Positions 57,276 through 64,000 of a stretch of 64,000 nucleotides of DNA are shown here, piece by piece. The notes under the pieces were generated by a model. That model searched no databases and was not told the DNA's origin. It saw only the letters and a list, made by a program, of their open reading frames with translations. The stretch's first letter is position 1, and each line of letters begins with the position of its first letter. Position numbers and translations under genes: made by a program. This stretch comes from an uncultured Oligoflexia bacterium (GTDB lineage Bacteria > Bdellovibrionota > UBA1018 > UBA6935), in assembly GCA_964013565.1 (NCBI GenBank), contig CAXGWU010000004.1, forward strand, positions 57,491 through 121,490, given 5' to 3'.

Positions 57276-58406
57276 ATGAATGTGATTGATTCAGTGGTAG
57301 AACGCTACTCAAAGGCTTCAAAAGTTCAAGAAGCCGCTCTTTGTTGTCCGGTCGATTATAATCCAGAGTTTTTAAAAGTAATTCCTCAGGAAGTCATTGA
57401 AAAGGATTATGGTTGTGGAGACCCTTCTCAATATGTGCGCTCAGGAGAGACCGTTTTAGATTTGGGCTCAGGAACTGGAAAAATTTGTTTTATTGCTTCG
57501 CAGGTTGTCGGTCATCAAGGCAAGGTGATCGGGGTGGATATGAATGACGATATGCTTGAGGTTGCTCGAGCAGCACAAACCGTCGTTTCTGATAGAATCG
57601 GTTACTCTAATGTTGAGTTTAAAAAAGGGAAAATAGAGGACCTCAAAGAGGATCGAACAGCGGTTATTCAGTTTCTTAAGAAGAACCCAATTGATTCAGA
57701 TCAATCACTTCAAAAATTTGAAACATGGAAAGAGCAACAGCTTAGAGAAGCTCCTTTAATTGAGGATGATTCGATTGATGTTGTCGTGAGTAACTGTGTT
57801 TTAAATCTGGTTTCAGATGAAAAAAAGAAAGTTTTGTTTGAAGAAATTTTTAGGGTTTTAAAAAAAGGCGGAAGAGCCGTTATTAGCGATATTGTGGCAG
57901 ATGAAAAAGTTCCTCTGAAAATGAGAAATGACCCTGAACTCTGGAGTGGATGTATTTCAGGAGCCTTTGAAGAGGCTGAATTTATAAAAGCATTTCAAGA
58001 TGCTGGATTTTATGGAATGCAAATTCTGAAAAGAGATACAAAACCTTGGCAAACTGTTGAAGGAATTGAGTTTCGGTCAGTAACGGTTGTCGCTTATAAG
58101 GGAAAACAGGGAGCATGCTTTGATCATCACGAAGCACTCGTTTACAGGGGGCCATTTTCATCAGTAACAGATGACGATGGGCATACTTTTGTGAGAGGAG
58201 AGCGAGTAGCTGTTTGTCGAAAAACTTATGAGATATTTAAAAAAGAACCCTATGATTCTTTTTTTGAGACAATTGAACCTTTAAATTCAGTTTCAGAAAA
58301 AGAAGCAAAGCCATTTCCGTGCACCAAGGGGTGGATTAAAAGAACTCCAGAGGAAACAAAAGGAAAAGGTTATTCGAAAACGACAGAGTCTTCTTCTTGT
58401 TGTTAG
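57276..58406 (+). CDS. arsM: ArsM-like SAM-dependent (arsenite) methyltransferase
   Basis: The SAM motif is VLDLGSGTG. The ArsM-type Cys positions are present (LCCPVDY, SNCVLNL, WSGCISGA). The ATG at 57276 has AGGAG 6 nt upstream. The tracked ORF starts at 57255. Confidence 0.7.
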   Translation: MNVIDSVVERYSKASKVQEAALCCPVDYNPEFLKVIPQEVIEKDYGCGDPSQYVRSGETVLDLGSGTGKICFIASQVVGHQGKVIGVDMNDDMLEVARAAQTVVSDRIGYSNVEFKKGKIEDLKEDRTAVIQFLKKNPIDSDQSLQKFETWKEQQLREAPLIEDDSIDVVVSNCVLNLVSDEKKKVLFEEIFRVLKKGGRAVISDIVADEKVPLKMRNDPELWSGCISGAFEEAEFIKAFQDAGFYGMQILKRDTKPWQTVEGIEFRSVTVVAYKGKQGACFDHHEALVYRGPFSSVTDDDGHTFVRGERVAVCRKTYEIFKKEPYDSFFETIEPLNSVSEKEAKPFPCTKGWIKRTPEETKGKGYSKTTESSSCC

Positions 58407-59608
58407 TCGATTAATTTCAGTTCAGCCCAAATTGGAAGATGATCAGAGGCTTGTTTTTGAGAAGCAAATTCTTCATTGACCCATGCATAACAGGTTTTTT
58501 GTTTCCTTTGGTATGAAATAAGAACTTTTCCAGAAGGAGCAGAGGGAACTTTTTTGGCGTTACAACCCCAGTCGTTATAGATGTATTTTGGGCGATAGAC
58601 CCCGGATTTTATGATTTGAAAGTGCTGACTCGTCACAAGGTAATCAAGAGTTGCTTCAATAGGCTCTTTTTGAATGAGTGAAGATCCCCAGTAAGTTGCA
58701 GGAGGTTTTTTCATCCAGAGCTTCATTTTTTTAAAGAGCCTTTGTAGGACGGGCGCTCCTTCTTTTGTCTTCTTTTGATAGTCAACGTTCCAGTCTCCCA
58801 TTGCGATGATTCGGTCGTTCTTTGAGAGGGGTTCAAGCGCAAGAGTATCAGCAACTGAAGGGGAGGTGGATCCGGTGAGATACCATTCTAAAAAGCGAAG
58901 CTGATCAGCATTTCTTGCGATATTCATTGAGTTTTTTTGACCAAATTCGAACGAAGGAACTGTATGTAAAAGAATGATATGAACTGGTTTTTGTTCAATC
59001 TCTAGCGTTAGGTCTGTAAAGTTTTTATCAAAAAGCTCAATGTCTTCTGGAATTGGATTACCATGAGCGTCCCGAAAAGAAGTAAGGTCTCTTTCTGGAA
59101 AAACCTCCTTCCATTTTAATTTTGAGAATACTTTTTTATTTTTGATTTTATTCTTAAAAAGCAGTCCTGTTGAATACTGTCCGGGAAAAACTCCAAAATT
59201 GAGTGGATCTGCAAGAGTTCTTGAATACGGTGCGTTTGGATTTGTTTCATATTGACCCTTTTCGTTTCTTTTGGCTTGGTTTCCTGTGTTTGCGGGATCA
59301 AAGCTCCAACGAGAATTTGAGTGTCCAATTAATTTCGCAATTCTTTTTAAGTTTAATCCACGAGAATTGAATTCGGAATTGGGAACTCCTGGAAGGTCAT
59401 ATTGAATTTCATTCAGAGAGAGTAAATCCCATGGATGTGTTTTAAAAAAGGCTAAAACTGACTGTCCTTGTGTGGATTGTTGATCTCTGGTTTTAAAGAT
59501 TTTTTGAGTATCAAATTCTTTGATATTCCAATGAATGACACGAAACGCATATGCTGGTGTTGTTGTTCCAAGTACCCCAATGACCATCCAGTTCCAAAAA
59601 TTTTGCAT
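58403..59608 (-). CDS. Exported endonuclease/exonuclease/phosphatase (EEP) family protein
   Basis: It has a signal peptide. Motifs WNIKEF, LLSLNEI, GDWN and the C-terminal SDHLPIWAEL are typical of the EEP fold. Confidence 0.7.
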   Translation of the reverse strand: MQNFWNWMVIGVLGTTTPAYAFRVIHWNIKEFDTQKIFKTRDQQSTQGQSVLAFFKTHPWDLLSLNEIQYDLPGVPNSEFNSRGLNLKRIAKLIGHSNSRWSFDPANTGNQAKRNEKGQYETNPNAPYSRTLADPLNFGVFPGQYSTGLLFKNKIKNKKVFSKLKWKEVFPERDLTSFRDAHGNPIPEDIELFDKNFTDLTLEIEQKPVHIILLHTVPSFEFGQKNSMNIARNADQLRFLEWYLTGSTSPSVADTLALEPLSKNDRIIAMGDWNVDYQKKTKEGAPVLQRLFKKMKLWMKKPPATYWGSSLIQKEPIEATLDYLVTSQHFQIIKSGVYRPKYIYNDWGCNAKKVPSAPSGKVLISYQRKQKTCYAWVNEEFASQKQASDHLPIWAELKLID

Positions 59609-59705
59609 ACAGGATGACTATCGTTTTTGACAGGTTCTTGGAATAACTGAGTGATTCTAAAGGTCCTAATTCGGTTTTAAGAAGGGGTGACGAGCCATGC
59701 AGAGC

Positions 59706-59735
59706 AAAAAAAGAAAATACTGAAAAAGTATTTTC
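59706..59735 (-). terminator. Weak AT-rich hairpin terminator for the minus-strand hydrolase gene
   Basis: A perfect 9-bp stem pairs GAAAATACT (59713-59721) with AGTATTTTC (59727-59735). The loop is GAAAA. On the minus strand a run of 7 T follows (plus-strand A-run 59706-59712). Only 2 of the 9 pairs are G-C. Confidence 0.35.
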
Positions 59736-59773
59736 AAGTTGTTTCCATAGAAGACAGTGAGTAGAATGGTCTC

Positions 59774-59923
59774 ATGCAAATTCATGACCCATTAGAGAAG
59801 TTATTTGATCAAGGCCTTTTGACTCCAGTTGTGACGCTTTCTTTGTCTGTCGGGATTATTGGTGCGGTGGTGACTGGTTATTATGCAGCCTACAAAATTG
59901 TAGTTTTGTACGGAGCCTATTAA
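59774..59923 (+). CDS. Possible 49-aa single-TM mini-protein; below the ORF-track cutoff
   Basis: I translated it by hand as MQIHDPLEKLFDQGLLTPVVTLSLSVGIIGAVVTGYYAAYKIVVLYGAY. No clear Shine-Dalgarno sequence is present. Its stop overlaps the convergent hydrolase gene stop (TTAA). Confidence 0.25.
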   Translation: MQIHDPLEKLFDQGLLTPVVTLSLSVGIIGAVVTGYYAAYKIVVLYGAY

Positions 59924-61092
59924 AAGATCCAGAGCCGCTCACAAAATGAAGGCTTTAAGTTGATTACTCTTTCCTTTTGAGTGTTGGCTGGGTTACTTCC
60001 AAAAGTTTCGATTAAACGGAGCATGTCAGGAATCTGTGTGGTGATTGGATCCACATGATTGACTCCTTTGAGCAGAACAATTTGAACAATTTTTGATTTT
60101 AGTCTTTTAATCATTTCTCTTTTTGTTTGTAAGGGAACTAACTTATCTTGGTCAAGAACGACTAGTTGGAATGGGAGTGTGATTTTTTCTAATTGGATAA
60201 TCTCGTTGTTATCTTTGTCTAACACTCTACCGTCTGGTTCAACTAAAGCATTTGCAAATCCTTCTAACAATGAATAAGGGACTGGTGTGACTCCTTGTCT
60301 GAGAAGACGAATCATTTCTTTTTTTTGAGTGAGGTCTCTTTGAAAAATGGTCTGATACAGAACAATGATTCCGATTTCAAGAGGGATCGTTTCGATTGCT
60401 TTTCCCAAAAAATTTATACTTCGGAATGGAGCATTTTTTAGTTTTTGGGTGAACTTAAAAAAATGGGTGTGGATGTCTTGAGTACGGTGATGTTGGTTTA
60501 AGGACCTGAGTGTTTTAAATAATGGCAAAGCTTTTTTTGCAGCGTAGATGACCTCAGGAGGAGAGTGATTGAGTCGTGCGGGTGATCCTATGACTGTTGC
60601 CGCTTTGAGATCGTTTTTGAAATCAGAAAATTCAGAAGAAGACAGAAGAGCCATCACTTGCATTCCACCCATCGAATGCCCGATGAGATGAATTTTTCCC
60701 CATGATTTAAAATGAGGAAGTTTTTGAATATATCGAAAGTGTGCGGGAAGATCGAGCGTAAGTACTTCAGTAAGGCCGTATTGATGTTGATTTGAAAGTG
60801 GATGCTTTTTAGGGTGAGTTCCACGTACGTGACCGATAAAGACTTTGTAGTTTTTAGAAAAAGCTAATGCGATTTTTGAGAGGCTTCGATAGTCTTCGTA
60901 GATTCCCGGAGTGAGCACCTTAATTCCTTTAGGGGAATGAGGCGTTGGAAATTCGATTAAGTGTACAATCACTCCGTCGGCTGCGGGTACTGAATGTTCA
61001 CGTAAACGGATTTGGTCATAAACTCCTGCATATCCAATAAAATGAGATATGAAAGTATATCCAATAAAAATATACAAAAGGAGTTTTCTCAT
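59920..61092 (-). CDS. Exported alpha/beta hydrolase
   Basis: The nucleophile elbow GHSMGG and an N-terminal hydrophobic signal are present. The length is 390 aa. Confidence 0.7.
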   Translation of the reverse strand: MRKLLLYIFIGYTFISHFIGYAGVYDQIRLREHSVPAADGVIVHLIEFPTPHSPKGIKVLTPGIYEDYRSLSKIALAFSKNYKVFIGHVRGTHPKKHPLSNQHQYGLTEVLTLDLPAHFRYIQKLPHFKSWGKIHLIGHSMGGMQVMALLSSSEFSDFKNDLKAATVIGSPARLNHSPPEVIYAAKKALPLFKTLRSLNQHHRTQDIHTHFFKFTQKLKNAPFRSINFLGKAIETIPLEIGIIVLYQTIFQRDLTQKKEMIRLLRQGVTPVPYSLLEGFANALVEPDGRVLDKDNNEIIQLEKITLPFQLVVLDQDKLVPLQTKREMIKRLKSKIVQIVLLKGVNHVDPITTQIPDMLRLIETFGSNPANTQKERVINLKPSFCERLWIF

Positions 61093-61223
61093 GCTCTTTC
61101 GATAGCGATCAAAACAAATTGCGTCAATGGATGAATGTTGATTTTCAAAGGTAGCTGGTTGATTAAAGTTTTATCTAACGTTTTGAAAAAAATAAGAGAG
61201 TCAAATTTGTCAGGTAAGTTCGA

Positions 61224-61241
61224 TTTGTCAAACTTGACAAA
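61224..61241. promoter_or_regulatory. Perfect 8-2-8 palindrome TTTGTCAA-ac-TTGACAAA that overlaps a TTGACA -35 element; operator-like
   Basis: I checked the palindrome by hand. An extra half-site ATTTGTCA lies at 61205-61212, 18 bp upstream of the copy at 61223-61230. TTGACA (61234-61239), a 17-nt spacer and TAATCT (61257-61262) make a plausible promoter immediately before the operon. Confidence 0.5.
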
Positions 61242-61268
61242 AATAATAAGTTATTTTAATCTTCTAGT

Positions 61269-61883
61269 ATGAACTTATTTTCACCAAAAATGACAACCTT
61301 TTATACGACCACCCAGGTTGCTGAGATGTGTGGGGTGAGTTTTCGAACGGTGATTCGATGGGCGGACAAAGGGTATTTAAAAGCCCAAGTTCTTCCAGGC
61401 AGAGGAGATCGTCGATTCCTAAAAGAAGATGTCATTGCTTTTTTAGAGCATCAAAAATTTCATGTTCCAGAAGAGTTAAAAAAGAAAAAGAAATTTCCAT
61501 TTTACTCGATGGATCGTAAGCCTAGAATTTTGATTGTTGAAGACGAAATAGAAGTTGCAAAATCAATTCAAAGAGTGCTTCGACGAAAAAAAATGATTAC
61601 GGAAATTGCTGCTGATGGTTTTCAAGCAGGGATATTTTTACATAGTTTTGAACCTGATTTAATTACTCTCGATCTTCGAATGCCAAATGTCAATGGATTT
61701 GAAGTTCTTAAGGTGATTCGAAATCAAGAAAAGTATAAAGAACTTAAAATACTGCTCGTCACTGCGGAGATCCAAGACCGAATTGATGAAGCTTTAAAAT
61801 TAGGTGCAAATGATTTTGTTTCGAAACCTTGCGCAAATGAATTACTTCTCGAAAAAATAAATAAGCTACTGTCAAACTCATGA
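61269..61883 (+). CDS. Response regulator with an N-terminal excisionase/MerR-type HTH and a C-terminal receiver domain
   Basis: The HTH reads TTTQVAEMCGVSFRTVIRWADKGYL. The receiver shows RILIVEDE, the phospho-acceptor context LITLDLRMP, and VSKP. The true start may be the Met at 61290. Confidence 0.75.
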   Translation: MNLFSPKMTTFYTTTQVAEMCGVSFRTVIRWADKGYLKAQVLPGRGDRRFLKEDVIAFLEHQKFHVPEELKKKKKFPFYSMDRKPRILIVEDEIEVAKSIQRVLRRKKMITEIAADGFQAGIFLHSFEPDLITLDLRMPNVNGFEVLKVIRNQEKYKELKILLVTAEIQDRIDEALKLGANDFVSKPCANELLLEKINKLLSNS

Positions 61884-61898
61884 CTCTAGGAGGGATCT

Positions 61899-62276
61899 AT
61901 GTGTGCTGTACGTGTGTTGGTTGCCGAAGATGACTCTTGTCTTCGAACGTCTATTGAAAGAATGTTAAGAAGAATTTATTCTAAATCAAATATTTTTTGG
62001 GCGACAACAGCCGAAGAGGCTGAGAAGATGATGAGGGTGATGAAGTTTGATCTTTCAATTGTAGATTATCAGCTAGCAGGTGAAATGAACGGAATGGATC
62101 TGATTGAAAAAATTCGTAAGGTGAATCCCTATGGGACCGTCATCATGATGTCTGGTTTGCCAATTAGAAATTTTTTAGAAGTTATGGATCGAGATCAAAA
62201 CTTTATACCATTTTTACCTAAACCATTTTCACTTCATGAGTTTTCAAATGTGGTTCAATCTCATTTCAAACGTTAG
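61899..62276 (+). CDS. Stand-alone receiver-domain protein
   Basis: Motifs VLVAEDD, the acceptor context LSIVDYQL and LPKPF are present. An AGGAGGG Shine-Dalgarno sequence lies upstream. Confidence 0.8.
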   Translation: MCAVRVLVAEDDSCLRTSIERMLRRIYSKSNIFWATTAEEAEKMMRVMKFDLSIVDYQLAGEMNGMDLIEKIRKVNPYGTVIMMSGLPIRNFLEVMDRDQNFIPFLPKPFSLHEFSNVVQSHFKR

Positions 62277-62285
62277 GAGCTTAAA

Positions 62286-62837
62286 ATGAAAGGATTCGTG
62301 TTTAATGTTCTCAATAAAATGGTGGAAGAAAAACTTGGAATTGAGGCCTGGGATCAAATGGTCAATCAGTTAAGTTCAGATTCTGCTGGCGTTTATACTT
62401 CAGGAGGAACCTATCCTGATAAAGAATTTTTAGATTTAGTGAGTGATTTATCGGAAAGACTTCAAACCCCCGTTGCTGAGTTAGTGAGAAACTTTGGGAA
62501 ATATGCACTTCATGAAATGAAGAAACAGTATGCTATTTTTTTTGAAAAACATAGCGATGCAAAATCTTTTTTATTAAGTATTGATCAAGTCGTTCATGTG
62601 GAAGTAAAGAAGCTCTATCCAGAAGCAAAACTTCCTGAGTTTCTTTACGAAGATCGTTCTCCAAACGAATTAGTTATGATTTATCACTCTGAGCGTAAAA
62701 TGTGTCACTTTGCAGAAGGACTCATTGAAGGAACAGGTGAGTTTTTTGGCGAAGAAATTGACCAGAGGCAAGTGCAGTGTATGCATGAAGGTGCTGAGTC
62801 CTGTCGGTTTGAGTTAAAATTTAGAGGAAAGGGTTAG
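62286..62837 (+). CDS. hnoX: H-NOX (heme nitric oxide/oxygen-binding) sensor protein
   Basis: The start MKGFVFNVL is typical. The proximal His is H104 (VVHVEV) and the conserved Pro is P112. The heme-propionate motif Y133-x-S135-x-R137 (YHSER) is present. The length is 183 aa. Confidence 0.85.
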   Translation: MKGFVFNVLNKMVEEKLGIEAWDQMVNQLSSDSAGVYTSGGTYPDKEFLDLVSDLSERLQTPVAELVRNFGKYALHEMKKQYAIFFEKHSDAKSFLLSIDQVVHVEVKKLYPEAKLPEFLYEDRSPNELVMIYHSERKMCHFAEGLIEGTGEFFGEEIDQRQVQCMHEGAESCRFELKFRGKG

Positions 62838-62845
62838 GGTGGATT

Positions 62846-63832
62846 ATGAGTAATTCAGATATGAATTCGATGATCGAAGCTCTAAAACGAACTATTGAAA
62901 GAGAGAGAAAAGCAAAGCGATATGCTGAAAGTCTTTTAGAAGGAAAGACGCGTGAATTATATGAATCTAATCAGTCAATTCAAGAACAACTTAATCAATT
63001 GAATCGAACTCATAAAGAGTTAAAAGTAGCAAAAAACAAATTAGTGGAGTCTGAAAAATTAGCAAGTCTTGGTATTATGACTGCTGGAATTGCTCACGAA
63101 ATTAATAATCCTATCGGGTATGTATTAGCCAACGTGACCACAATGAAAGACTATGTTTTTTCGATAAAAAAACTTTTTCAAGGAGTAACTGAACTATTAG
63201 AAGAGTGCCCAAATGAGGAAATTAAAAGTCAGTTGCATGAGCAATTAAAAAAAATAAAAAAAGAAGAAGATTTTGACTATTTAATTGAAGATATTTCAAG
63301 TTTAGTAAATGAAACAATTGATGGAGCAAACCGTGTTAAAGAAATCGTTCATGGATTAAAAGTATTTTCTCATATGGATGAATCTGAAACTCAGGAAGTA
63401 CAAATTAATGATTGTATTGATTCGACATTAAAGGTTGTGTGGAATGAGTTGAAGTATAAAGTTGAAGTTCATCGATCTTTGGGAGAGCTTGAAACAGTTG
63501 AATGTAATACAAGTCAAATTAATCAAGTTCTGATGAATCTTTTTGTGAATGCGGGACATGCAATTGAAAAAAAAGGAAACCTTTGGATTGAAACTAAAAT
63601 GGAAAATGGAGAAATTTTAATTTCGGTACGAGACGATGGTTCTGGTATTTCTAAAGAACATTTGAAAGAAATTTTTAATCCGTTTTTTACCACAAAAGAA
63701 GTCGGTTCTGGAACAGGATTAGGCTTATCTATTTCTCACGGAATTATACAAAAATATGGAGGAACGATTGAAGTAGAAAGTAAAGAAGGAGAAGGGACGT
63801 GTTTTAAAATTCGTCTTCCTTCTTCTCAATAA
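62846..63832 (+). CDS. Cytoplasmic H-NOX-associated histidine kinase
   Basis: The product has no TM segment and has a coiled-coil N-terminus. The H-box is GIAHEINNPIGYV, the N-box is NLFVNAGHA and the G-boxes are DDGSGI and GTGLGLSIS. Confidence 0.85.
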   Translation: MSNSDMNSMIEALKRTIERERKAKRYAESLLEGKTRELYESNQSIQEQLNQLNRTHKELKVAKNKLVESEKLASLGIMTAGIAHEINNPIGYVLANVTTMKDYVFSIKKLFQGVTELLEECPNEEIKSQLHEQLKKIKKEEDFDYLIEDISSLVNETIDGANRVKEIVHGLKVFSHMDESETQEVQINDCIDSTLKVVWNELKYKVEVHRSLGELETVECNTSQINQVLMNLFVNAGHAIEKKGNLWIETKMENGEILISVRDDGSGISKEHLKEIFNPFFTTKEVGSGTGLGLSISHGIIQKYGGTIEVESKEGEGTCFKIRLPSSQ

Positions 63833-63859
63833 AATTGTTTCTACTTTTTGGAGGAAATC

Positions 63860-64000
63860 ATGAATTTTGATGAGTTAACAGGAAAAATTCTTTTCGTTGA
63901 TGATGAGAAGCAAATTTTGAATTCAATAAAGCGTTTATTCAGAAAAACTCGTTTTGAAGTTATTATTTGTGATCAACCAAAAGAAGCTTTAATGATTATT
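63860..64000 (+). CDS. Response regulator, 5' fragment; it continues beyond the window
   Basis: GAGGAAA lies upstream of the ATG. The product begins MNFDELTGKILFVDDEKQILNSIKRLF, which is a typical receiver N-terminus. The output domain cannot be seen. Confidence 0.7.
   Translation, partial: MNFDELTGKILFVDDEKQILNSIKRLFRKTRFEVIICDQPKEALMII

Noticed and set aside
1-64000. I looked for CRISPR arrays, IS elements, integrases, prophage genes, toxin-antitoxin pairs, reverse transcriptases, and rRNA or tRNA genes.
   Set aside because: I saw no direct-repeat/spacer periodicity. No transposase, integrase or RT motifs (DDE, tyrosine recombinase RHRY context, YxDD) appear in any tracked ORF. I found no cloverleaf-compatible tRNA sequence. 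The only compositional anomaly, at 23.3-25.9 kb, lacks mobility genes.

Overview
The window is about 64 kb of densely packed bacterial chromosome. By hand count it is roughly 40% GC. I found no rRNA, tRNA, CRISPR array, integrase or transposase. Gene content suggests a gliding or predatory Bdellovibrionota/Bacteriovoracaceae-like deltaproteobacterium: Myxococcus-type Glt/Nfs envelope proteins, an FHA plus AgmX/PglI-type TonB-C protein, several PilZ proteins, MotAB and an H-NOX module. That taxonomic reading is inference only.

Layout:
- 1-1.5 kb: 3' part of a large unknown protein.
- 1.5-15.8 kb: dapF and a translationally coupled purine operon (purF-C-D-N-L-Q, then purH-purM). It is interrupted at 11.1-13.1 kb by an extremely A/T-tract-rich spacer, an untracked 41-aa Lys-rich histone-H1-like ORF, a membrane protein and an ankyrin-repeat protein.
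- 15.8-22.2 kb: an AddB/AddA-type nuclease-helicase pair split by a lipoprotein gene.
- 23.3-25.9 kb: a strongly AT-rich (about 25% GC) two-gene island encoding a PotD-like binding protein and an orphan sensor kinase.
- 28.2-37.4 kb: a compact Glt/Nfs-like envelope cluster followed by a GYF-GYF-PilZ protein.
- 37.4-41.8 kb: housekeeping genes (lysophospholipase-like, pyrE, rpsT, Spy/CpxP-like, LysM lytic transglycosylase).
- 41.8-45.3 kb: a near-consensus sigma-54 promoter with a roughly 280-nt possibly structured leader, feeding a TPR/beta-barrel, FecR and lipoprotein trio.
- 45.3-49.1 kb: PilZ, NhaC-family transporter, motB and motA.
- 49.2-61.1 kb: mixed metabolism (HAD, YkgJ, EamA, HExxH protein, ahcY, metG, ArsM-like, EEP nuclease/phosphatase, alpha/beta hydrolases).
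- 61.1-64 kb: an H-NOX (NO-sensing) phosphorelay operon with an unusual HTH-REC regulator and a palindromic operator-like site.

The candidates I consider most worth follow-up are the PilZ-linked Glt-like cluster, the sigma-54/leader plus TPR-barrel/FecR/lipoprotein trio, the H-NOX module, the AT-rich sensor island, and the Lys-rich mini-ORF with its phased A-tracts. All homology calls come from motif recognition by eye. No searches were run.
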